64,000 nt of DNA from Cystobasidiomycetes sp. EMM_F5 (taxonomy: Eukaryota): assembly GCA_051047955.1 (NCBI GenBank), contig JBPGPT010000001.1, forward strand, positions 62,001 to 126,000. Direction: 5' to 3'. The number at the start of each line of letters is the position of its first letter. The first letter of the stretch is position 1. The notes under the pieces are model-generated. The model made no database searches. It saw only the letters and a list, made by a program, of their open reading frames with translations, and was not told where the DNA came from. Both the position numbers and the translations under genes were made by a program. Of this stretch, positions 25,189 to 38,200 are shown piece by piece.

Positions 25189-27199
25189 ATGTCGGATAGC
25201 AGCGTGCCGTTGTCGCTGCCGTCACAGGCGACGACTGCGCAGTGCCGCTTCTTCCAACGAGGTGAGAGCTGCAGCGATGTCGTACATGGCTTGTATACTG
25301 AGACTGTGCCATGCATTTCACTCACCAGGGTTCTGCTTTCGCGGTGACAAGGTGCGTTGGATAATGATTTACAGCAGCCATAACGTGTCTAATTTGGACA
25401 TCTACTCGGTTTCCTATTACAGTGCTGGTACAAGCATGATCCTACGACAGTGTCTGCATCAGCGCCGTCCACTTCCTCCGCTTCGTCCTCGCTGTCTGTG
25501 GCGACATCCCCGCTAAACGTCAATGCCGATGCGTTCATACCAACTATGACACCGACGCCCGCAGTGATGGCTATCGATGAGGACGTAGTCTGTAATATCT
25601 GCTTCGAGGCGCCCGAAAAGTTTGGCCTCTTGGACTGCAATCACGTCTATTGTTTGACTTGTATCCGGGAATGGCGGACAGAGAAGTAGGTGCACTATAT
25701 CCTATGATAAGGTCCCCGACTGAAAAGCAAATACCAGGGGAAAGACATCAGAGCAAATAGGAGCTGGCGTGCTGCGCAAATGCCCTGTATGCCGAACAGT
25801 ATCGGATAATGTCATTCCCTCTGACCGCTGGCTAGCAAAAGGACCTCTAAAAGATGCCTTCATATCTTCATACAAGGACCGCTTATCACGTATTCCTTGC
25901 CGCTACTTTGCAGACGCCGTCGACGGCAGACGAAGCTGTCCTTTTGGGTATGACTGTTTCTACCAACATCTAGACGACGATGGCCGCCCCCATCAATTTC
26001 AGCATGGCATGGCCGAACACCTAAGTATGGCTCGCAGGAGGCGCGCGGAAAGCCGGCTCGATCGAGAGGTGCAGCGTTTCCATCAGGCACTCCGCGCTCG
26101 CGGTATTGATACACTCGGCCGCAATCGTGGGTGGTTAGATGCCTATGTCAACGAAGGCCGCTATCCTACAGCGTATCTATACTCCGATGGTGATGACGAG
26201 AGTGATTGGGACGAAGTAGAGGAAGGGGAGGAAGAGGAGTATGAAGAAGATCCCGACGAGTACGAGGATGACGAGGATGACGAGGAGGGCCAAGCGGACG
26301 AAGATGACGACGAGGATGAGGAATTAGACTTCGAATACCAGGATGCTTTACGCGAAGCTATCCGCCGTTCACTGGTCGACCACCAAAGTCAGCCTCCTGC
26401 AGCAAGCGCTTCATCTCACCTCCAACCACCGCCTCACACAAATCGGCATGGATATGGTCACACTGCGACTGAGCGTGTCTCCCAAGTTTGGCAAGGAACT
26501 GCGGAGACCTCGCCGGTCGGACCGCCGTCTGGAACGGCTAGTCCGCCGATCTTGCCCACGGTACCTGCCTCCACCACTGCAGAGACTCTATCAAATTTCA
26601 GCCCATCACTTTTGGCCAGAAGAGACGCCGTGATGCTTGAGCGACTAAACGACAGCGCAGTTTTACAGGAGAGGATGCGTGCACAATGGCAGAGAGCAGT
26701 ACGAGCTCATCAAGACTTGGAGCTGGAAATTCCGACAACTGCATCTCCGCGTATGTTTCCGCAGATAGTAGGACCGCGTGATTCGCCAAGCGCTGCTTTC
26801 GCTAATGGGCTGCATGCGAGTGGAAGTAGCATCAATCGAGAGCGACATACCGACGATGAAGGATCGACTGCGCGCAATGTGACTGCTCATCAATGGTCCG
26901 AAGGCTGTGTCGAGTTACGAGACGAACGGCCTGCTGACTGGAGCGGCCATCCTGTTCAGTGGGAGATTGAAGACGAGGACGTCAGCAGTGTCGCCGGTAC
27001 CAATCAGATTGACATCGAAAGGCCAGCAACGCACAACGTCACAGCCCAACAATGGACTGAAGACTGCATTGAGCTACGAGAGGAACAGCGAAGTGCCTCG
27101 AACGGGTGTTTCACGCAATGGTGCGCAAACGGAATCTGCACCGCCTTGGACGCTCCATCTTCTTCATATGACAATTCTACGGATGACGAGGCGTTCTGA
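25189..27199 (+). CDS. Makorin-like CCCH/RING E3 ubiquitin ligase
   Basis: CRFFQRG|FCFRGDK|CWYKH; RING CNIC..FGLLDCNHVYCLTCIREWR..CPVCR; CRYF..CPFGYDCFYQH; acidic tract. Confidence 0.9.
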
Positions 27200-27363
27200 G
27201 CTGTGCAGCGGAAGTTCCGGCTTGGATCTTGATATATTCTTCTGATGTGATAATAGCTTTACAACATCACTTACGCATAGCTTCGCGACAACACGATTCG
27301 CAGTATGACTCGCATTGTCTCTCATCATCTTTCTCTACTGTATGTCATAATTTTGACTTGTTA

Positions 27364-27431
27364 CCGTGATGTCACGGAAGTGTCAAGTACAAGCGGGGAT
27401 GTTGTTCCTGTCGTGTTCCGGCAAGTTTCGG
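27364..27431. promoter_or_regulatory. Two CCG-N8-CGG elements (putative Zn2Cys6 factor sites) upstream of DUF1338 gene
   Basis: CCGtgatgtcaCGG 27364-27377 and CCGgcaagtttCGG 27418-27431, both followed by AA. Confidence 0.5.
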
Positions 27432-27500
27432 AATACATACGATGCCGGTCTGCTCGTCGCCCTTGAAGCTTTGACCTCTACCACTTCATGATACGCGACA

Positions 27501-29126
27501 ATGAACAGCATGCAAGGTGACGCTAGCCCTTCAATGCCCGCATCCAAGCCAGACGTCGGCGACTGGGCCAACCCCGACGAGACGCGAACGATGTTTTCGC
27601 AGGCTCTAAGCAAGATGTACGCCAATGAAGTGCCGCTGTACGGAGACCTTCTGAAGTTGGTGCGAGACGTCAACGAGCGAACCCTAGCAAGAGACGCCAG
27701 ATTGCGCTCTCAGCTCGAGAATCGGCACGAGCTCGGTACGTGTTCATCCGCCACTTGAGATATGTGGTAATTTGTTAACGATAAGTCCATTTAGAACGTC
27801 TGAATGTGGAGCGACACGGCGCTATCCGAGTTGGCACACCGCAAGGTACGTTTTCTTCAGCATCAGCTATTCTTCCAATGTCAATCAATCTGATCTCTAA
27901 ACATAGAACTCCGCACAATGGCACGCATGTTTGCTCTGATGGGAATGTCTCCCGTTTCATACTACGATTTATCTACGTCAGGACTGCCCGTTCATGCCAC
28001 TGCTTTCCGCCCAACCACCCAAAATTCCCTCGACATCAATCCGTTCCGTGTCTTTACCTCTCTTTTGCGACCCGAACTGATAGCCGACGCATCTATACGA
28101 GAGCTGGCAGAATCTCTCCTGAGTAAGCGCAGTATCTTCACGGATACTTGCCTGGCAATCATAGATAAAGCGGATCGCCAAAATGGTCGACTCTCAAAAG
28201 CTGATGCCGAGACGTTTGTGAAGGAGGCATTGATTACCTTTCAATGGCATTCGCGGTCCCGTGTGACAAAGGACCAGTACCACAAGCTGTCTTCAGCGCA
28301 CAAGCTTGCCGCAGATGTGTGCAGCTTTCAGTCTTGTCATATCAATCATCTTACCCCGCGTACATTGGACATCGAGGCAGTCCAGCGTGGCATGTCTGAG
28401 CGCGGAATACCACCAAAAGCCATCATCGAAGGTCCTCCGCCTTCTCACCCTATACTTTTGCGACAAACGAGTTTCTTAGCCCTGTCAGAATCGATTGAAT
28501 TCCTAGATCCAGCTACAGGACAGTACGTTCCCGGTCACCACCAGGCAAGGTTCGGCGAGATTGAACAACGTTCGCTCGCTCTCACTTTGGAAGGTCGAGA
28601 GCTATATCAGGAACTGTTGGCTCGGGCACAAACTGGGCAGCCACCAGAATTATTTGGTTCTCCTAGCCACAGCAATACCATGGATCTAAACTTGAAAAAC
28701 GAAGAACACCTCGAAAGAGTTTTCAGTTCGGCATTCCCTGGCACGTACGAACAGATTCGGCAACGTGGTCTGGGCTACTTCCGTTACAGCGTTGCGGAGA
28801 ACACGCTGAGTCAGCTTGGCCCGCTTGACTCGCGTGACCACCATACTGTCGACAATCTCCTTCGAGATGGCTACCTGACGTACGAACCCCTCATTTACGA
28901 AGACTTCCTGCCAGCATCAGCTGCGGGTATCTTCCAGTCGAACATTGGTGCTGCAGACGGGAGGTTGCCAACTCTGCTGGCAAGCGGACCCGATAAGACT
29001 GCGTTTGAAGAGGCATTAGGACGTCAAGTTGTTGATGAGATGGTACTATACGAGCGCAGTCAGCAAGAAACGCTGGATCAAGCTGCGCTTCAGCTTGGAC
29101 TTTCGCCTGGCGCTCTGACCGTATAA
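27501..29126 (+). CDS. hglS: DUF1338 family 2-oxoadipate dioxygenase/decarboxylase (HglS/YdcJ-like)
   Basis: FSQALSKMYANEVPLYG, ERHGAIRVGT, YYDLS..PVHATAFRP, PFRVFTSLLR, HINHLTPRTLDI, LLRQTSF, ARFGEIEQR, YEDFLPASAAGIFQSN; two 5' introns. Confidence 0.92.
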
Positions 29127-29404
29127 CAGCAAGAGTTGTCCCGTCGCAATCTCTGCTCACCTGCCTGCGAATACGAGCTCAGAAGAGGAGCATCGCAGTA
29201 CGGCAGAGTCACCCTAGCCGGTGGCGCAAGACCTGCTTACTCATTACAGCCTGAGCATTACATCACAAGAGACTATTCATTTGGATACAGTATATATACT
29301 CAATAACGCAGCAAATCATCCTTTACCACAACATGTTACTACGACGAAATTGTATGTGAGGAGCGCACGTCCTCTAGTATATCGTACGAGTGCCTCGCTA
29401 TCGC

Positions 29405-30494
29405 TTACACCGCTATAGCAGCATGCTTTGGAGCTGGTGCGTCTGGTGTGCAAGCTGCTGCATTCTTGGGCGCTTCGTCTACTTGTTTGCACGGGCATTC
29501 GCCATGCGCAATCTTCCTGAAGATCTGTAGGAAGGCTTCCGGCTCCTGAGCGCCAGACACGGCATACTTGTTGTTGATGACTGTGAACGGTACACCGCTG
29601 ACGCCCATGCTCTGTGCTTTGCGAACATCGGCACAGACCTCGCCTTTGAGTTGATCACCCTCGAGGAAATCGATGGCTTCCTGCTTATTGTCGAAGACTC
29701 CGACTTGAACGGCTGTTGTGGTGAGATAGTCGTGATCTCCGATATCCTTTTGCTCCTCAAAGTAGCCTTTGAAGATAGCCTCAATGAATGCTCGCTGCAG
29801 TCCTTCTCCGCCCTCCTTGTAGGCCTTCTCGACTAGCCGGTGAGATGTGAATGTATTGCGCACATTGCCTCCGTAATCAAAGTTGATATTCCATTCCTTG
29901 CCTCGCTCAGCCATAGCAGCTACAATGGCGTCTGCTCGAGCACCAAACTTGGCCGCATAGCGGTCCCTATGGATGGAAAAGAGACCAAGTCAGACCCTGA
30001 TGTCTTTTTATGGATGACGTCGGGAAAAGTGTATTTGTCACGGTGCATACCTCTTGGAAACCGGCTCGTCCACAGGAAGGGTCGGGTCCAGAATGAATGG
30101 CTTGAATTGCATCCTGAATACGTGTATAAAGCGGAGATGTAGTTGGGATGTGTCAGCAGGTTTTCGGTCACGAACGACGGATGGCGCCAACCACTGTCCT
30201 GCTTACGAGAAGGAGACAGGCAGCTTTTCCTTCTCGGCCTGCTTGATTGCTGCAAGCATCTTCTTGTATCCTGTATGATATCCGTCAGCAAGGTCCCGTT
30301 CGAAGTCGCCGGGCAGGCCTTTGGCTGTCTAAGCGCACCCAGATAGCAGAATGGGCTGCAAACGGGCGGCGGAAGCGTTGCGTCAGAATAAACGCTGTCC
30401 CAACCACTGCTCGAAGCTGCAGAGCAAGCTATGCTCACCATATATTGTCGCTTATGATTTCCAGCTTGATCGTTCTGTTGTCGGTAGCCGCCAT
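29405..30494 (-). CDS. DsbA/FrnE-family thioredoxin-fold protein
   Basis: MAATDNRTIKLEIISDNIC|PFCYLG|YKKM, NTFTSHRL, GVSGVPFTVINNKYAVSGAQEP; TATAAA (minus) at 30635-30640. Confidence 0.88.
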
Positions 30495-30834
30495 GCTGGG
30501 CGTGTAGCTGGCTCGTGAGTTGGGAGGAGCAGGGTCGGCGTGTTCGTGCAGAGTACTTTGGTATATCGTTGTAAGTTTGCGAGGGTCTACAGGAGATGCT
30601 TGACTTCTGTTGCTTCTGCTTTAACCTGCGCGGCTTTATAAGTTCCGCCTCCAGCTGACAAATTCGCCACCACAACCCGGCCATAAATCTGCCAGCCGAA
30701 ACATTGATGTGTAAGAAGTCTGCATTGCCTGGTCGAAGTCTGTGTGCATTCAGCTGCTGATAACGAACTTCTTCGGTGACAACAGTGCAGCTCGCATGCC
30801 TTTCTCAGCGAAGGTGCTTTGCATGACAAAATTT

Positions 30835-31957
30835 TCAGAAAGATCCTGCATTAAGTGCGCCCAGACACGGCTTGTCCAGCGTATGATAGTATGATCCAAT
30901 AGAGACCTGCGCCGACAACGAGATTGTCAGGTGATTCGTAGATCCTTGCATTTCGGGCTTTGTGCGCTTACGCCTCCCACATCAACGGTAAATAGCTGTC
31001 CTTGTGACAAGGGAAGACCTAGCCAGCGCGCGACAAAGCACTGTGGACAGTCTTCAGTATACTTCACCATGGGGTCCTGGACGTTGAGAACTTACTCTTG
31101 AAAAATGACCATGCGAGATAATCAGCACATCTCCACCAATATCCTGTTCGCTTTCGTGCGGCCCTTCTATCCATTCGCGATGCAATTTCCGGATGTGCTC
31201 TACAGCTTCGTCTACTCTCTCCGTCATTTGCTCAACAGATTCGCCTTGCGGACATCCTTCTTCCCACTGGGGAGTAAATGGGCATTCAATCGCAAATGTC
31301 AACCCCGATGGGCGGAAATACTAACTATGTTCCATGCCTTTTCTCCCTTGGCCTTGCGCTCGGAATTGACATCTTTGACGAGTGCGCCTTCATACGCGCC
31401 ATAAGTCCATTCCCGCACCCGCTCGTCTGTCGTTACGTTTTGTGGTCGCGTCTGGGATGACGGAAAGAGCAATTGAAATGTCTTTTGCGCCCGAGTGCGC
31501 GGCGATACTAGCGTATGCGCAATATGAGCAGGATCTAGCAGTTCTGGCGACGGAATGTTCAGGGTTCGAGACTGTGTGTGCCAGAGAGGTGGTGCTCACT
31601 GCCTGGCCCAGCAACGCGTTCAGAGAGCGCTGTGATCAATCGTTCACCCTGCTCAGTCAAGGGAATATCTGTTGTGCCAGTCTCCATATGCGTATATATC
31701 AGCAGCGTACGTGTGGAAAGGGTAGAAGCGAAATTAATGTACATGTCGGCCTGCAAGCAAATCAGCCCTCAATCAGCTAGCTTTCACGATAGTCAGGCGA
31801 GTGAAATGGTTGAGATACCATTCAAAGACCTGTTGTGAACGAATCTCTGCGCTCAGCTTTTGGTCCGGTCTTCAGACAGGAACCAGTAATGCAATCACCA
31901 TTCCGTTTGCCCATGGCGCACAACGTATACTTTCGGTAACCGCTTCGGAGTGACCAT
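30835..31957 (-). CDS. Histidine phosphatase / phosphoglycerate mutase family (Shb17-like)
   Basis: VYVVRHGQTEW|SLNG|RH|TGTTDIPLT, SPRTRA, EWDYGAYEG, GCPQGES, LIISHGHFSR; ends NAGSF*. Confidence 0.9.
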
Positions 31958-32207
31958 GATGTAAGGTTGACTCGCACGGTATGCCGAAGGTGTGGCTGGA
32001 AGGAAAGCTGAGACTCGTACTTCGTTGTACGCGAAATATTTTAGCGTATTCGATCATCGACATACGAATGACTCTTCACGAACATGATGAAACGGTGACA
32101 CGCACTGCAACTGCTCTCAGAGTCCGGATGCCGCTCGCACAGTCTGCCATTGACAGACAGCCTGACCGGAAGAAGCGCCGAAGACTGGCAGCCATTCCTT
32201 TACAAGC

Positions 32208-34604
32208 ATGTCTGCAAAACCGGCAGGAAAGGTTGGTTCTCAGCCAAGCAAGTCTGCAGCTTCAGGTCGAAAAAGCGCAAATATGACCAACGGAGACGGT
32301 TCATCGTCGACCGTAGTCAACGGCACACTTCATCCGCCGCCGAGAGCTTCGACATCAGCTTCAGCCTCGAGAGACACGGCAGTTCGAATGACCGCTCTGG
32401 AAGTTACTGTACATAACGCAATCCTCGCCTGTCCAAAGAAGGTACGTTCAAGCTGTCGTATGCAGTATCCAGCTGCCCGGTCGACTTGGTCTGACTTTTG
32501 ATAAAATGTCGTGGCAAACTTTGGTCGTTGATACTGTCAGACCATTGTCTCGAGCAAGCTACGCGAGCTAGATGGACTGTCAGGAAACGACAAGACTTTG
32601 ATAGACACAATCAATGCCCTCCTTAAGAAGGTGGGATATCGTCTATGCTTCCGGTGTATACTCGACTAACCGTGACTGCTTCGTTTTCGTGTAGCACCTA
32701 TGCAAAACGGGAACAAATGCGCAAGGTGAAAGCGTCTTCGTTGCAGTCACGAAAGCAGAAGCTCGAGAGTGAGCTTCATTGCCCGTCTTGAATTACCTGG
32801 CGCTCAATATGCCCGCTTTCTTTAGGCTTGGTCTTATGGACCCAGATGAGAAGATGGTTTTGGATCAGATTACTCAGTCTACAAATTACGGTCAGTCCCG
32901 TTCCTCGACGGCCAGACTTTCTGGTGAACAATTTAAATTTCGGCTGTCATTTGTCTGCTAGGCATCTGGACGAGAACACTCAAGTCACGTACCGGACTTC
33001 ATCAGGCGGTTGTCAACAGGGTCATCAAAACATTGGAACAGAGAAAGCTCATAAAGAATGTCAAGAGTGTAAAAGTGCGATGAGGGGTTAGCGGACGAAT
33101 CGCCTCGGAGAGCTGACACAGCATGTTTACTAGCACCCAACGCGCAAGATTTATATGCTCGAGCATATCGTGCCTTCGATAGATGTGACTGGAGGGCCAT
33201 GGTACGCAGGCAACGAACTCGACACCGCCTTTATAGATCAAATCTCAGACATTGCCAAGAAATTCATACGGTCAAAGGTGCGATACCACAGACAGTGCAA
33301 GGTCTAATCGTCTCCACTGACAGATCCGCCTCCTTCTGTATTGTAAAACAGTCTTTTCCCAACGGAGACCCATCCATGATTTGGCCAATGGCGCATCTTC
33401 CGTATCTTCCGACAGCAAACGACCTGCTGGAATTTATGCAAAGCAATAGAATCCTGCAAGTCGACCTGAACGTCGAGCACATCACTGCTATCCTTGACTC
33501 TCTAGTCTACGACGGTGAGATAGAACGTATTTGGATGCGTCGATACAGGGAGGATGGCGTTGCTGCGCGGACACTAGAAATGGACGGAACGTCTCAGGCT
33601 CACACGCCCAGTTCTGCAAATCCAGCTCTTCCGAATGGGGACGGGGCGCAACAGAGAGAACAGGAATTAGCAAAGCCGGCTGCCCGGAAACGGAAAGTCG
33701 AGGCGAAGAAAGCTGGAGACGAGAGGCATCGAAGCAAGCGACGGAAACGCGAACGATCTCGCGACTCGGCAGATATAGATGATGACTCGGATGGAGCTCG
33801 TGGACGGCCGTACGACGTTGAAGCCATGTCTGACGCATCCGATACTCCGAATGAGATGAGCGCGGACGAGGACTGGCTCCCGCCTGCACTAAGCGCAAGC
33901 ATATCCTCACACGACGAGTGGTCAGAAGCGCAGCGCGCTCACCGCAGGCCGGGACCAGCAGGCAACGATTGGTACTGGGTGTATCGAACATGCTTGACAG
34001 CCCTTCCGATACCCAACAGCCACTACGATTTTGACACTGGCTTGCTTACCGAAGACCGCAAGCCCATCATTCAGAGATCACAGCGCTACCCGGAAATATA
34101 CGAATCGGGCCTTCTTCAGACGCCTTGTGGGGTCTGTCCAGTATCCGAATTTTGCAACAATCGGGGAAGCCCTCGAGTGCTTCCTCTACCAAACGAGAAG
34201 GATCTTACAGATGTAGACGGTAGTAGTGCAGGGGGTTCGAGCTCTGCCGGTACTTCTGGACGGCCTGCATCTGGTATTTCTGGCTTGGGTGATTGGCGTA
34301 AATCAGCAATTGTACGCGATAGCGTTCGAAAGTATGGTTACGACAACAAGTCAAGAAAACCGCCAGAGGCTTTGATGCAGCGGGCTCTGCTGAAGATGAA
34401 GGTACCAGCGGGTTCGGGCGAAATGGAGAATGCTGATGGCGTATGGCAAGGCGGAGGCAGAGTCGGAGGCCAGGTCATTGCTCCAGTCAATCCAGCCAAT
34501 TGTAGGCGTCGCCCGCGACATACCCAGTACACGTTAATCTAACAGTGCATTCACCTTCAGGCGTCTACTACAGTCGATGGTTTGGCGAGGAAGTGGAGTG
34601 GTAG
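32208..34604 (+). CDS. RPC34: RNA polymerase III subunit C34/RPC6, with large insertions
   Basis: GIWTRTL, IKTLEQRKLIKNVKSVK, HPTRKIYML, PSIDVTGGPWY, ILDSLVYDGEIE, TPCGVCPV..C, NPANC|VYY..WF. Confidence 0.9.
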
Positions 34605-35286
34605 TAGAGTACAATGGCAGTGGTTGAACGACATTTCATGCAATAGGGCTCTTTGCTGCTCGACCGCGGAGCATTACGTTCTCCACTACCAAGGAACATT
34701 GTACGATCGCAAACGCTGCTCTTAGTGATTACTAGCATGCCACGACCACTACCACCATTTGCATCGTGGCTCATGTCGTGGTTTATGTATCTTCTAGTTA
34801 TTTCTGCGGCCACTTCACATTTCCGCAATTATGCGCACAGACCGACGTCGTTGGAGTCGGACAATCTCGTAAACTTCGACTTGGAGTCAATTCAGTGCCG
34901 CATTATGACACATCTGCGCTGCAACCTGACTATGCAGACCGGCAACTGAAGTGCAACCACGCCCTGTCCCTGTACTGTGTGCAAGTCTCCGACCCCGACG
35001 CCATCCATCACTCTCGAGGCGCGCCCAGTCCATGAAAGCGAGGCAGCCGTCCAGCAATCGCACTTGAATAGCACAGCATACTCTGGCATCCAGATAGTCT
35101 GGAACAGACTCACAATACAGCCATTGCAGCTGTCAAATCTGTCACCGACACTGCGCCGGCCGTGGCGCAACGCTGTAAAAAGGAGGTGGTGACGGGGCGA
35201 CCTTGGTGTGCCAGAGAGTGCGCTACACAGGACTCCACGGCAATTTCAACATAAATCTTGGGTGGTAATAGCTCCGCTACAGCGAC

Positions 35287-38200
35287 ATGACGACTACAGA
35301 CTTCGTGCGAACGGCAGAGTCGAGCGTGATTGTTCAGGCGCAGAGCGACTTACGGCGGCTGATTGACGAGAGCAGCCTCGATGATCTAGACGATATACAT
35401 GGTCGTAACTCGAGCGAAACCCTGATGTCGCCGCAGATGAACGGGGACGGCATTGGGTCATCCTCATCGTCATCAACAGCGACACAATCACAGCAACAGG
35501 CCCCGGTGGATCTGAATGAGGTAGTCATGTGTGTCAAGGCAAACTATGGATATGCTGGCACCGAAGATAGCCAGCTAGCTTTCAACAAGGGAGATGTCCT
35601 CCGCGTCTACCTTCAGGATGCTTCTGGCTGGTGGGAAGGGCTACTAATGCAGTCATCGCTGCCCGATCTCCACAAACGCGGATGGTTCCCACACAGTGAG
35701 TGTTTATGACTGCTTTTGAACGTCACTCGAAGTCTTACTACATTCACTAGACTACGTGAAAGCCCTGACGCAAGAACAGTCCCACAAGGCAATGGCGCAG
35801 TATAATCAGTTGATTGCGCAGTATAGTCAGGATCTTGAAGTAGAAGAGATGGACGATGGTGCACAGGGGACCGCTAGCTCTCTTGACACTACGACCCATT
35901 TTGATACAAACTCTACGAACACTACAATGACCATGCCAAATATAGATGCTTTACTTGGAAGAGGCGATCACGCATCGCTCAACACAGTTGATGATATTCT
36001 CAATAGTGTCTGGCAAAATGGAGCAGGATCGCCATCTGGAGTGGGCAGTGAGAATGATCACAGCTTTGCCACGTTCTCCACCGGAGGCGACATATTCGAA
36101 GAGATAGCTGCGGCTGCCGCCGCAACTTCCACACCATCTCTGGGAGCTGACAAACAGTCCGATACGCAGACCAAGGCGCTCGAGCCTATAAAGCAGTCCC
36201 GTTCTCAAGCGAGCCTAACGGCGGGAGGCTCTGCCGCAAAAGGGTCTCCGGCTTCCCGCAATACGCTTGCAGAACCCCGGTCGCCAGGCATCGACCCAGA
36301 TTGGGTGCCAAAGGTGTCAACCGATGGTCGTATATTCTACTACAACACGAGGACGGGCGACAGTGCGTTTGATTTACCTTCTCCGAAAGCGACGAGTGCT
36401 CGGTCGAGCGGTTCGCATGTGCGGACTGATTCAGGAACAGCGAGCTCTGGCTTCAGTACCGGTGAACAGACAGACATAACTGGAAGATATCCTTCGAGTA
36501 GCACTACCCTGTCCTTTGCGTCCGTCAGCGCAATAGTACACAGTAGCAAAGGACAGCCAACAGGAGTGCATTCGCCATCATCGTCTTTTCAATCAGCCTC
36601 CTTCGAGACTGCGTTGTCAGGAGGGTCTGCGACACCCAGCCAGTACAGGGAGACGGCCCCCGTCAATGGAAAATTGGGCGCGCCTTTTACACCAGGCATC
36701 AGGCCTAGGTCAACATATTCGGATGATTCAATGCTAGATGCAGATATTGGTCTAGCTGCTGGCAGGAAGGTAGGAGATCCTGGTGACGTTGCGACAATTC
36801 ACAGCAGGCAAGCTAGTTCTATCCTTACCCCGCGAAAGTTCAGTACGGAAACTGCCGTTCCCGATGATCGGAGTTATCACGTAGAGCAGGATCTACATAC
36901 CGCGACCCCGTCTGAGAATGAGGATGTATACCACAACAGTGCCGTACGGCTTGCTGCACTGCATGTGCTGGCGCAGACCCGTGATCAGCCTACACTTGCA
37001 GAGCTGGAACGTGGATGTACAGAGGCGCTCGAGCTCTTGGCTCAAGCTATACAAAGAAGGCCTGTACTGGATAATGGCGGTTCACAAGCTGCTGCAAATC
37101 AACCCGGTATCGTATTACCGTTTGAAGAGCAAGAGTCATCTATTTCGTGGAAGCTGGCCACGTCAGCTAAGGCCATCAGCTTGGCCATCAGTAGGCTCCT
37201 AAATGCGCTGGATGTGATCAATGATCGTCATTCGACCAAAAAGCGGAGCTCACAAGCCAGTGGAGAGTCTCTGCTTCCGCCTGTCGAAGCCGGTCAGACA
37301 TCGCGCAAAACGTCGCAGGATGGCCCGCTCATGTCTCACCTTGTCATACCGATGCTCGATGAACACGTGTTTCGACCTATGGCCATGAAGCTTACGGCAA
37401 CGCAGTCGAAGCTCATCTTTTCTATTCGCACGCATTGGGCTCAGCTGTTGACTTCACCGAAAGAAGAGCGAGCACTGCTGGATGTCGGGGCCGATGCAGA
37501 GAGCTACAAACAAGAAGAGCTCGCTATAGTCTATGAGCAGAGGCGTTCTCAGTTGACTGCGAGGAGGGAAATCGATGCCAAACTCCGCTTTGAGCTCCTA
37601 GTGCAGATCCGCAGCTTGGCAAGCGTGATTGCTAGCTTCGTTGACGAAGTTGAGGCGTTCGCACACAAATCGGGTGTCAACGCCCGTAAAGACGCTCTCG
37701 TTGTGCCGCGCAGGATTGAGCCAAAGTTAGTGATAACACCATCGGAGGTGCTGATACCGGCAACTGCATCAGCTGGCGGATTGCTGGGACATGGTTACGC
37801 TCGACGCAGCAACATTCTACCGAAGGCGGACTCGGCGACGACGCCGCTGTCTGGTCACTTTCCACTGACGCCCATCCGCACGTCTCTAAATATGCCTGTG
37901 AGGCCGCTAGGACAGTCAACTCTGGATACACTGGATAAGCAGCGCAAGTTGCTGTATGCCGAGTTGACGACTACGCGGAGTGTTGTACGATCTAGCTTGT
38001 CTAGTCACGGCGAACATGCACCGCAGCTCACTTCATCAAGCGCTGCACAACTCCTGCGCTTTGTGACGCAACTCGGAGAATTTCTTCGAGATGTTGAGAG
38101 TATTGACCTCGCGAGTCGCCTGGATATCGAGTTGACACCGGAGATGTACGCTGCGCTTACTGGCGAAAGCATTCAGTCTATTATCGCGCAGGGACTGCTG

